Assembly: GCF_022045235.1 (NCBI RefSeq)
Contig: NW_027266268.1
Coordinates: forward strand, 40,362,001-40,426,000
Source of the DNA: Haliotis cracherodii
Taxonomy: Eukaryota
DNA: 64,000 nt
Direction: 5' to 3'
The translations under genes and the position numbers were made by a program. The notes beneath the pieces are model-generated. The model had not been told where the DNA came from. It saw only the letters and a list, made by a program, of their open reading frames with translations, and made no database searches. This document shows, one piece after another, positions 1 to 11,625 of this stretch (position 1 is its first letter; the number at the start of each line of letters is the position of its first letter).

Positions 1-300
1 GGGTTCACAGGAAGCTGGGATGTTTCAGTGGGTTGTTCCCAAGCATTGGGCTGGTTCACAGGAAGCTGTCATGTTTTAGTTTGGGGTTCACAGGAAGATG
101 GGATGTTTCAGTGGGGTGGATCACATTAAGCTCGGATGTTTCAGTGGGTGGTTCCTAGGCAGTGGGGTGGTTCACAGGAAGCTGGAATGTTTCAGTCGGG
201 GTTCCCAGGAAGATGGGATGTTTCATTGGGGTGGTTCACAGGAAGCTGGAATGTTTCAATGGGGTGGCATGATTCACAGATTACCTGGGTGATACACAGG
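1..300. repeat. Degenerate ~35-bp minisatellite (gggtggttcacaggaagctgggatgtttcagt) in the intron before exon 460
   Basis: Repeated ggttcacaggaagctg/gatgtttca units visible directly. Confidence 0.8.
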
Positions 301-459
301 TTGTTTAGTTGGGTGGTTCAAGGAAACAGAATTCTTCCCAGGGTTGTCTGGGTGAGTCTTGGGGTGGCCGGTGGCTCACAAGATTGTTGGGTGGCTCAAG
401 GGTCGGTAAAGGTGTTAAATATGTTTGGTGCATGGCTCACTATTCAATTTCTGCCCCAG

Positions 460-3400
460 AACGAGGACTTGAAACGTAACCTGGTCCACCTGCGCTCCAA
501 GTACGACCTTCTGAAACACCAGGTCCGCGAGGCTGACCACCGACTCCAGGCTACCAACAGGCAGAGGGAGAACGTAGAACAAGTGCTGTATAAACAATGT
601 GAGTAGATAGGCAGAACGTAGAACAAGTGATGTATAAACAATGTGAGTAGATAGGAAGAACTTAGAACAAGTGCTGTATAAACAATGTGAGTAGATAGGA
701 AGAATGTAGAACAAGTGCTGTATAAACAATGTGAGTAGATAGGCAGAACGTAGAACAAGTGATGTATAAACAAAGTGAGTAGATAGGCAGAATGAAGAAC
801 AAATGCTGTATAAGCAGTGTGAGTAGATAGGAAGAACGTAGAACAAGTGCTGTATAAACAATGTGAGTAGATGGGCAGAGGGACAATGTTGAACAAATGC
901 TGTATAAGCAGTGTGAGTAGATGGGCAGAGGGACAATGTTGAACAAATGCTGTATAAGCAGTGTGTGTAGATAGGCAGAGGGACAATGTAGAACAAATTC
1001 TGTATAAGCAGTGTGTGTAGATAGGCAGAGGGACAATGTAGAACAAATTCTGTATAAGCAGTGTGAGTAGATGGGCAGAGGGACAATGTAGAACAAATTC
1101 TGTATAAGCAGTGTGTGTAGATAGGCAGAGGGACAATGTTGAACAAATGCTGTATAAGCAGTGTGTTGGTTTATGCAACACTACATGCAATAGGCCAGTA
1201 TCCAAATAACACCGGTCAGCCAACTTGTGTTGGTGTATACAAGACTGCTATAGGTGTAGTAATGTGTGTATATTCCAGAGACCGGTCAGCCGACTTGTGT
1301 TGGTGTATACCAGACTGCTATAGGTGTAGTAATGTGTGTATATTCCAGAGACCGGTCAGCCGACTTGTTTAGTAATGTGTGTATATTCCACAGACCGGTC
1401 AGCCGACTTGTTTAGTAATGTGTGTATATTCCACAGACCGGTCAGCCGACTTGTTTAGTAATGTGTGTATATTCCACAGACCGGTCAGCCGACTTGTTTA
1501 GTAATGTGTGTATATTCCACAGACCGGTCAGCCGACTTGTGTAGTAATGTGTGTATATTCCACAGACCGGTCAGCCGACTTGTTTAGTAATGTGTGTATA
1601 TTCCACAGACCGGTCAGCCGACTTGTGTAGTAATGTGTGTATATTCCACAGACCGGTCAGCCGACTTGTTTAGTAATGTGTGTATATTCCACAGACCGGT
1701 CAGCCGACTTGTTTAGTAATGTGTGTATATTCCACAGACCGGTCAGCCGACTTGTTTAGTAATGTGTGTATATTCCACAGACCGGTCAGCCGACTTGTTT
1801 AGTAATGTGTGTATATTCCACAGACCGGTCAGCCGACTTGTTTAGTAATGTGTGTATATTCCACAGACCGGTCAGCCGACTTGTTTAGTAATGTGTGTAT
1901 ATTCCACAGACCGGTCAGCCGACTTGTTTAGTAATGTGTGTATATTCCACAGACCGGTCAGCCGACTTGTTTAGTAATGTGTGTATATTCCACAGACCGG
2001 TCAGCCGACTTGTTTAGTAATGTGTGTATGTGTTTGCGCATGTGTTCCACAGATCGGTCCCTGCTGGACAAACACCGGTGGGTGGAGGACCTCTAGGTGC
2101 AAACCTTGTCTGTGTCCATCTGTCTGTCAGTCTATCAGGTTGTCCATCCGTCTGTCTTGTGTGTGTTATGTATTCCACCTCCTACTGGACACAGGAAACC
2201 TTCTGTCACATCAAGGCATGTGGAGATGGAGCTGCAGTAGATGTGGCCAGGCCATTATACCTCCATTTAGATAAATTAACAAACTAAATCAGATCTTGAA
2301 AGTTCATGGTCATTGCAAAATTGTAAGAAAGCTTATTTCATCTCATAAAAAGGCTTTGGCCTCTGTATTCAGCCTCCCTACTCAGGTGTGTTTTATCTCC
2401 ATTCTATTATGATGAATACCCAGGACACATTTGCCATCATAGCTTCGTTTCGGAAGTTACATTTCCATCTCTTACCCATGACAGTAGTTTGAATATTTTC
2501 AGCATCATAGTGGGACTCAGTATGAAGCTGTGGTAGCAAATGGGTCAAGCGTGTTTATCACAGTAGTAGTATGGATGTATAATATCAGTGTTCCCGTTTA
2601 CCGGTAATTACCCTGTGGACCAGCAAATAAAGTACCTTATAAATCATTATTGTTGAGCCAAAACATCAGCGATATTCATATAAGAATATTTTTTTTATGA
2701 ACTCAGCTTGCCTTTTACTGTCAGGGTTTCCTCTTGTCTATTTTGAGAGCAAGTAGCATTTCGCTTTGCTTCGAGGTTAAATATCCGTTTGTAGCATCTT
2801 CAACTTGAAATATTGGGAAAGAAAGGAGAAAATTGTGACTGAAGTTTGTCTGAATGACGCTTATATCTAATTAAGTTACTTCGGAGATGACGTCATTGCA
2901 CTGAACATGATGAAAGAATTTAAACCAGGTAATTTTCATAGGTTTTTTCATTTGTTGAAAGTTGGGACTGACAAAAATTAAGGGAACTAATTTTTAGTGA
3001 TGCCATTCTACAAGGACTGTCAGTTTCAAAAGCAAGCGAGAACACTGATAATATAATGGAGCTACATGCAGATTCCACATCGTCTCTGTGTGACAGGAGG
3101 TGTGTATGATGTACTCTCTGTGTGACAGGAGGTGTGTGTGATGTACTCTCTGTGTGACAGGAGGTGTGTGTGATGTACTCTCTCTCTCTCTGTTGTTAAG
3201 ACTTGGGAGCCCGGTGCTGACAACACAAGCCCTTGCTGCTCTACATCTTTGTGTGGATTATATGTTTTCTGTTTCTAGATGTGTTTTGTATCATACTCTT
3301 TGCTTCACTCATGTATATTTGAAGGTAGATTGGGGTCCCATGCCAGAGGTATGCTGATGTCAGTAGATGTGTGATAATGTACTCCGGTGTTCTGGTGGCA

Positions 3401-4377
3401 GGCCAATACAATACTAACCATTTAATTGTTTGTTTCTCTTCTGTGATTTGCTTGTAAGGTTCTTATTGAAAGTGTAGGTCGATCGTTGTCAATACTTCAC
3501 AGGGTTTCACATTACCTTCCTCCTTCACCCATGAGGATGGACGCACCACACTGCAATGGTGACGTGTGTCTGTTTGGGGTCAGGAAACAATGCTAATGAA
3601 AGAAGTCTTTATGAATCACGGAACCGTACTATATACATGAACTCGTGTGAACCCGACCATTTCATGATGTTGAAGCGGCGTGTTGAGTTGATGGCACACA
3701 AAATTACAAATGTAATCGGAGTGTTTATTGAGCACTGGAACCATGCTGTAGCTCAATTCATTGGTTACTATAGCAACAACACTTAAGACAGCCGTATATG
3801 ATGTGTATTCGTGGGTGATACAGATGTGGTATATCACAGCCTTGTGAAGTATTGATGACTGCAGGTACATCATCAGGAGGGACTAGGAATCTAATTGTTT
3901 TCTGAACTATTTCATAATAGTATTTCAATCTTGATCAGAGTATTTGAGATTATTATCCATGTTTACAGCTCAGGACTGTCATGGTTTCTGCTAGGTCAGC
4001 AGCAAGCACCTGCCACCATCAATGTTTGGCTTGTATGTGGTATTGAGGTGACAAGGGCAGTTATTGGGAGATGAGTGGTAATTGCACCTAATGCAGTATT
4101 CTCCCTTATTGTGAATAGATATGGCATCTCCAACAGTTTTAAGAAGCACATTGTGCTACTGTATGAATGTTTATTGTCAGACAGATATATTTATTGAGAT
4201 CTGTTTCATAACAGCTTCTGGTATTGCAGAAATCATTAAGTCTGTGTCAGGTGTTGACGTTGTTCTTGCTGTTGTGTTGCAGTGTCCAAGACCTACAAGG
4301 TGCTGCACAAGGCAGGTTCCAACATGGAGAAATCGGCAAGAGAGTCCGGTTTCAAGATACCCACCACTAAAAGATGA
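460..4377 (+). CDS. 3' end of an unidentified coiled-coil protein gene (5' part lies before the window)
   Basis: Exon 460-598 (ccccag|AAC...CAAT|gtgagt) encodes NEDLKRNLVHLRSKYDLLKHQVREADHRLQATNRQRENVEQVLYKQ with coiled-coil character and ends in phase 1. It splices in frame to 4283-4377 (ttgcag|TG..TGA: LSKTYKVLHKAGSNMEKSARESGFKIPTTKR*) or to 2053-2096 (ccacag|AT..TAG: YRSLLDKHRWVEDL*). Family not recognised. Confidence 0.7.
570..1165. repeat. Minisatellite (44-bp then 50-bp units) amplifying the exon end and splice donor
   Basis: Unit aagtgctgtataaacaat|gtgagtagataggcagaacgtagaac; first copy is the real exon end at 598/599; period 44 (581, 625) then 50 (901, 951, 1001). Confidence 0.95.
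1195..2060. repeat. 43-bp minisatellite carrying an acceptor-like ttccacag in each unit
   Basis: About 16 near-identical copies of agaccggtcagccgacttgtttagtaatgtgtgtatattccac, ending at tgttccacag|atcggtc (2052/2053). Confidence 0.95.
3085..3190. repeat. Three-copy ~32-bp tandem repeat
   Basis: ctctgtgtgacaggaggtgtgtgtgatgtactct x3. Confidence 0.85.
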
Positions 4378-4404
4378 TACCACTCCTTCAACCTAGGTAC
4401 TCAA

Positions 4405-4575
4405 CCTGACCCACGATGACGTCAATCAAACCCCTAACCTGCGATGACGTCGTACAAAACCAGACCCAAAATGACGTCACGCAAACCCTGACCCACGATG
4501 ATGTCACACAAACCCCCCACCTACGATGACATCGTACAAAACCCGACCCACAATTACATCATACAAACCCCTAAT
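4405..4575. repeat. Degenerate ~32-bp tandem repeat just after the stop codon at 4377
   Basis: acccacgatgacgtcacacaaaccc-like units, about 5 copies. Confidence 0.7.
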
Positions 4576-6148
4576 GTCATCTTTGGTATTTGGTGTCGCT
4601 ATGAATAGTAGTTCATCACAAGCATTACTTGACATGTTTCTGTCACAGACAACTACGGAGCTGAGCACATGGCCCCAGTCGACAATGGCTGCTGTAAATA
4701 CAAGGGACAGGTCTTCTGAACATTGTTAAGATTTCTCATTCATCTGTTTACTCGGGCATCTGACTGGGGCAAAGTATCTGTATCTTGGATTAGAATTATT
4801 AGTTGACAGCATTATCTTTGGAAAGTTTCTACATCCATTTATACGTACATCATCCATCACAAAACCTTCCATTGGTTGATATTTAAAAGCATATCAAGTG
4901 CACGAAGGCATCTCGTTTGTGGTTAATTTTAAATATATGAAATAATCCTCTCAGCAGGTACAAAGTTTGTTGGGGAAACAGCTTTTTCATTGATTTAGTC
5001 GCGATCTGTGTCTTGATTCACCATGGTGGTGGGCCTCTTGTAGAGGCCAACACACTCATGTTGGCACCAGGATATTCCTGTGTTGGCCGTTGTGGGAAGA
5101 CATCATGTGTTGTAAATATTGCTAACGCTGTTATTGAACTGTTGATTAAAGTTGTTGTTATGAAGGGACCAAAAAGCAAATGTGAATTAATTTTGATTTA
5201 TTCTTTCCAGTTATTTCAAAACCTCAATGTTTTAACTCTTCTTCATCGTAACCGTCATAGTTTTGTCAGCATTTTAATACATTGTTCCTGAGCACATTTT
5301 TAAATTTCACTTATCACAGATTGTGTTTGCTTCTACCTGTTTTATGTCATCATGGCCATGTGTACGAGTGTGTCTTCAGAATCTGACGTCGGAGTGTCAC
5401 TGCCAAATATCACACACTGTTTAAATGTAAATAGCCAACATTAAGACTATTTTTCTCCTGTTTATGTGTTTTATAGTGCTCCATCACCAGAATCTGTTGT
5501 TACATCCAGCTTGTGGGGAGTAACGAGTGTTACCAGGAGAGTGATATACAGCGTATACCCAGCCCACTAACACACTAACAGGATGCAGTGTTTTCCTTTG
5601 TTTCGCTTTCGTGGGGCGGTTGATAACTGTTTTAATGCAATAGTGTATTGTTTTTCTCTTCATTCGAGGTAACTTTTGTAGAATTGATAAATTCATTGCT
5701 TAATACAGTGAAAATTCATAATTACAATATTTTTTGAGTTGATCGTTTCACAAGATCTAATCAAACATATAATGAATATTTTATTGAGTGAGTGAGGTGA
5801 AGTTTAGTCCACATGACGATGTATTATTCGTATGTGGAGTTATCTCCCCTGTATTGACTAAGGAAGGACTTGCCATTGTGTTACAGAATGATCAGAGGCT
5901 GTTGGGATGTTGTGTTTTTATGTATTCAAAGGATTCTTGGTCTTCCATACATTTTACACAAGGCACTTGATGCAGTGATCCCTGATATTAGGGAATGTGC
6001 CACAAGTCAGTCTTAGGTCAAGAAGTTGAAACACAAAGCATCTTGCACATTTTGGTGTGATCAGAGAACATAATATTTTCCTGCTCGTGTCTGATTGTCA
6101 CCCTTATGCAACAGGTAGCATAACTGTTAAAGTTTGACAAAGTACTTT

Positions 6149-6295
6149 GCTGAATCCTATCTTCCAGTGTCCCATACATTAAACTACAAAGCTGAATCCC
6201 ATCTTTCAGTGTCCCATACATTAAACTACACAGCTGAATCCCATCTTCCAGTGTCCCATACATTAAACTACAAAGCTGAATCCCATCTTCCAGCG
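6149..6295. repeat. 42-bp tandem repeat, about 3.5 copies
   Basis: gctgaatcccatcttccagtgtcccatacattaaactacaaa repeated. Confidence 0.9.
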
Positions 6296-8334
6296 TCAGT
6301 CTTCCAACAGAAAGTATTACAGTATACTCACTGACAAGAACAGCAACAGTTACCATATTTTTGTAGAGTTTATTGTATTTGAGGTAATTTTGCCACAAGC
6401 TAATGAATATTAACTGCTGAAAGACATATGTGATAGTTATGTTTCTATGGAAACAATTGCATGGTATATTGATAGTTTTATTTCAACGGCCTCAACTGCA
6501 TGGTTGCTGGTTCTGTGCAATCACTTGCATGGTGTGAGTAGATATAAGATTACATTATTCCATATCTTCATCCTCATCCTCATCATTGTCATCATCCAAG
6601 CTTTGTAATGTGTCTCGGACGTGATCCATGCCTCTTGTTTTAGTAATGAGCCCATGTACTCATGTTTATTCATCACTTCCTGCTGTATGTTAATGGTCAG
6701 GGTTAAGGCTGTAACAATAATGTTTATTACATTGATAGAGGTGTGATACGATGCAATACAACACATGAATTTAAACACTTCTGTTTAGGTTTGTTCCGTG
6801 AGAATAAATGTAGGTCCACATTAAACATAGTCAGTTTGAATCAGTTATAATTAGAGTGGCTTTGGAAAATAGTATCTTTGATTACATGTTCATGACATTG
6901 TGTCTCCATCATACATATTGATGATGTTTGTATCCATACATGACCTTGTGACACAATCATGTCGACTACTCGTATCATTACATTTTATCACAAAGTACAG
7001 TATCATCGCTGAATCGTTACAACCTCATAGATTCTGATGTTTAGTTCTCAGAGAATGTGTTCGGGGCCTGTATTTCCGTGTTATTGTACATACCTTGGTT
7101 GAACCTGCGGACGCTGTGATAGCCAACGTGTAGCAGAATACTATAGATACTACATGGTAACCACCAACAGCTCTTGTCAACTCAGGGGACATCTCAAATG
7201 TAGTGATGCATAATTTGTTTCAGAATGTATACAAAGCACTTAACGAGAGAAAAATCAAAACTGTCTTGAACTTTGAGATGGTCCCTGGGTGTTATTGATG
7301 CAATATAGCGGAGGTAGAGTACATGAATGGTTATACAAGGCTTTGTTATGTAATATGTATTTATGAAGTTGAAATATGCCATAATCCTAGTTGCTATAAT
7401 CACAGAGTGTATTTTCATAACGTAAGTTATTTCATGGTGTATGTACTTAACATGTAATTATAAGCGATGCTGTAGACTGTCGCATATATTATTGTGTCAC
7501 ACTGTAGTGTTCACTGTTGCCAGGTTTATTATTTCACATTTAACAATGACATCTCTCTCCATGTGTCATACTTGAGTGAGTACAGGATACTTCATGCAAA
7601 ACAATATTCTTCCAAAATCCGATTCCATTAATTTTGTGGGTCATGTGTTTCTGAAATACATATTAAAAGACAATACTTTAGATGTTTCATCCATGTCCAC
7701 AAGCATCTTACTGTTTCACATCGAGGCAAGGGAGTTAACTCCAGCTTCACTGTGAGTTACCCCCCTTGCCTCAGGGATATGTCTGTCACACAACCTTCAT
7801 CAAATGGCTTCTCGAGAATCAGCTGAATCTGTTGTCAGTGGCCCCTTAACCCACTTGGCTGCTGAATATGTATGGTATGATGTTGTTCCATTACCCCCAG
7901 GCTCAGTGAGGGTGTCTCACTATGACCTGTCTTCTATGTACATAGGATGTTATACAACATGCTGCATCTGCATCTGTGTCTATGTAGTTCTTGGCTGTCT
8001 CTTCTCCTGTCGTCTCTGGTTACCGTATCTAGGGTGAGAATGTCTTGTTTGGTTCTGAGCGCCAGGCTGCTGGAGATGACATAAATGATTGGATGTGTTT
8101 CTTTCTGTCTCTCCTGTAAATATTTCATGTCCACCAGAATAAAATGTCATTGATCAGAACCTGAATATTTGTTATGTTCTGCTTCTACTAGTCACAGAAT
8201 ATAGAAATTCTACAGAAAATCATGTTTTGGTGGACTATCAAGCAGGAGCTTCGCCAAAGGAGGAGCTTCATGACACACAGCTGTGATTGTCCTTGAGGAC
8301 CAAGTGTATTACATGTATATCTCCACTTCTTTCT

Positions 8335-8500
8335 AAAAGATCCAGGTAGAATACGTCTTCAGCAACCCATGCTTACCGCAAAAGGCGACTATGCTTGTTG
8401 TAGGCGGCGACTAACGGGATCGGGTGGTCAGGTTCCGTGACTTGGTTGAAGCATGTTATCGTATCCCAATTGCGTGGATCAACAACAAACAACAAAAACA
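8335..8500 (+). mobile_element. SINE-like family B copy, internally deleted
   Basis: cagcaacccatgctt..ggcgactaacgggatcgggtggtcagg. Confidence 0.8.
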
Positions 8501-10689
8501 CTAAGGTAAACAGGCTACAGTTGCCAGGGCACTCAACCTTACCTCATCCGGTATAAGCCATCTGACAATTGGGAGGTTACGGGGGCGCTGGTGGCCTTGT
8601 GATCAAGAGTGACGCAAATAACTGAAATACTGTTCAAAGCGGAGTTAAACCCAACTCACTCACTATAACAAGGTGATCCATCTCTAACATGGGGATGTTC
8701 AGATGCATTGTTCACTGATGTTATACAGCTCAGTTGCTGCCATGAAAATCTGAAACATTACACACAGTCCACGACAAACTATTTTCTCCATTACATCGTT
8801 CCCTGATTACAATACTGAAGTGCTCACAACTGTATGGCATACGGCTAAAATGTGTATAAACGACCATTAAATAAAATATATAATACTAATTGTGAAAATG
8901 TGAAAATACAGAATTTAAAAAAAATAAATTCTTATTTTCTTTTGGTCTTTCCTACTTCGTTCATCTCAGCAGGTACACTATTATACATATATATGTCAAT
9001 AAAATTGTGGTACATGGTGTTTTTATATCATGGCCATTTGAAAGTGATTTTGAGAATTGGCTTCAATATTGATTTTGCTTTTATTGGGGTATATATACGT
9101 TGGATGGCTCAGATTTGGGACGGATTCCATAAACGCAAAAGAAAATCAATTCATATAAATAAATACGTAAAGGGTAACGTCAGGGACTGCTTATTTAAAT
9201 ATTGGGACACAAAAATGTTAGTCCTGGGCCAAGACTGGAATATATATCTTATTTGTTTTACTTAAAGCCAGGGCAAGTCTAGATCAAACTAAACCAAGTC
9301 AGTGTCCTTGATTCCACAGGAGAAGAGGAAAGGTTCTTTTGGAGAAAAGAAACAATACAAGTGTTTTAAAGTAATGTTTTCGTAGTATAACAAAATGTAG
9401 ACAATACAATGTCCATTCCTTTATTGAACATTCTGGAAACAGCAGTTCGTTAATGGACAAATTATGGAATAAACGGAAAAAGATTTGCTTGGTTACTCCA
9501 TGGACACTTAATACGATATTTAGGGTCCATGGTTACTCAATGAAATGCCACGGAAATCACTTGCAATTTATTTATACAGCGATATATAGGTTCGTGTTGG
9601 TGGATCTGTCTTAACTCAAATTTCCTCGGATTGACGCCAGGTGGCACCACTGCCACCAGTACCGAATTACTCTTTAATTTAATTTTAAAATGAACATTTC
9701 TTCACGTGCCACAGAAATCTGCCAAGAATTGGATCAACGCCTTACTTGGTATCCATGTCACGTGTGTGTTGACATGTAGAGTGTTTTGTATGTTGTGTAT
9801 ACTACGACTACAAAGTGTTAAAAATAAACACAAAGTGTGCTCAATGAGGTGTCTTTATTCCGAATGTGTTACGACCGCTCTAACCACACCCCACCAGATG
9901 CCGATTTCACCTGGTTATGGGAGACGATGTGCGATAATTTCTGTAGCGGGGACCAGGGCCTTCTCACAAATATGAAATTTGAAAGTTTCCTCTCTTGTGA
10001 TGATAAAAGGAATTTAGCTTTTATTGTAAGACACGCGGCACTAACAATGGCAGAAATGTATTTGTTATTTGATATCGTCCAAATCAGGACATGCTTGTAA
10101 TAATATTGTACTACAAAATTATGTTCATAATTATTTTGTTCGAAAACAACGAGCGAACAAAGTATTACAGTATACAAATAATTACTTTTGGTGCGGTCAT
10201 CAGGCCCAATTCCGTACAGCGTTAAAATATATAAGCACTCCATGTTTAATGACATCACTTCCGGTTAGGGAAAACAAATGTTCAATGCAGTACAACTTTG
10301 AAACAGAAAAGCTTATGCCTCTTACAGCATTAATGAAAAAATTATATGCACTTCCGGTTTGTAAAAACAATCATGTCTAATGGTAGATAACTTTCAAACA
10401 TGAAGTCCTATGTCTCCATCTACTTTAAAACAAAGAACACTTCCCGTTGATTTCTACCATTCCAGGTTGGAGAAAATACATGCCACATGCATTGCGACCT
10501 CTAGGTACATAAACAAGTTGCATGCACTTCCAGTGAAAGTATTCTTCCCCCACCGGAGGTGCATGTCACAAACACATGCAAAGACAAGTCAATTTATTCA
10601 CCTAAAAACAACACAGGAACATATGGTACAAGTCAAATTTGGGAATTGCATCGGATATATAATTTGTCACTGATGGTTAAATTTGCGTC

Positions 10690-10930
10690 TACAAGAAAGG
10701 AAAGCTTTACTGAAGCATTGCATGTTGTGCCCTTCACGAACAGCCTCTGAGCAAGTCACATGACGCGCTCTGAAGTCTTCACAGGAAGAACATGCTCGAT
10801 CGAACTTCAAAAGTTGTGAATTGTAGACGCCAAAGACTGGAGCTCCTGGAATATTGCTCAACATAAATGGAATGTCGACTATTGGAAAGACGCAGTCATC
10901 CACCCATTATCGTGTATTTAAGTCAAAGGA
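10690..10930 (-). mobile_element. Penelope-like retroelement RT C-terminal remnant
   Basis: Translation DDCVFPIVDIPFMLSNIPGAPVFGVYNSQLLKFDRACSSCEDF resembles the PLE motif DDFNFPIVNFPFLSSNIP..AYGVYISQLIRYARAC; an in-frame stop lies upstream. Confidence 0.75.
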
Positions 10931-11469
10931 GATTGCCAGATTACCCTTTTGAGTCTGAAAGAATTTCAAGGTGAGCAATGCCGCTCAGAGTGAGAGTAAG
11001 ACGAGGGGAATGTCCGAGTAACACTCAAGGATTGTCCCCTACTTAAAACACATCCCTCCTTTACACTTGGACAAAACATTCTCTTGCGGAAATTATTTGA
11101 AAAATAAACCAGACGGCTTTGTCGTCTGTATTTCTACTGCGTGAGTCGCCCGTGCGTGATGCACGAGGAATGCGTTCCTTGCCGCTGTTGCACGTGCGCC
11201 AAACTTCATCGCGAGCTGATATTTACAATGCATGGTGCACGGCTCGTTATAATTTCGTTTGGTCCTAAACTAGTATTTTATCAATCGCTTGCACGTTGTA
11301 AATACATGCTGACAGGAATTACAGGAAATATAGAGCCCTGAACATGTATATATGTGTTTATTGATAGCCATTATGAAAGGTCTGGATGTGAGGATAACAA
11401 GACAAGTACACTGCAACGCTGGCAGGAGATATGTCGCCCGCACAGTTGTTGATAACATGAAGGACAACA

Positions 11470-11625
11470 AAGACGAAGCTTGTGATCTGCCTTTCTGTTT
11501 GCTGCCAAGCATTGGGAAGAGAAGAAGAACTCAGTGGATCTTGAGTGATGACTGTGACAGATGGTGCCACTATGCCTGTGTCAACATTCAGCTCAAACCA
11601 AAAGGCCGTTTTCTCTGCGATGAAA
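11470..11625 (+). pseudogene. Degenerate PHD-finger-like coding remnant, probably transposon-derived
   Basis: CDLPFC...QWILSDDCDRWCHYACV...FLCDE resembles PHD C-x-C..WIxCDxCxxWxHxxC..FxC with lost cysteines; no clean exon structure. Confidence 0.4.

Noticed and set aside
415-1223. Minus-strand ORFs of 243, 259 and 144 aa
   Set aside because: Translations of the donor-derived tandem array, antisense to a real exon.
9634-9650. CTCF-like motif acgccaggtggcacc (and ~30495)
   Set aside because: Isolated imperfect matches are expected by chance in 64 kb.
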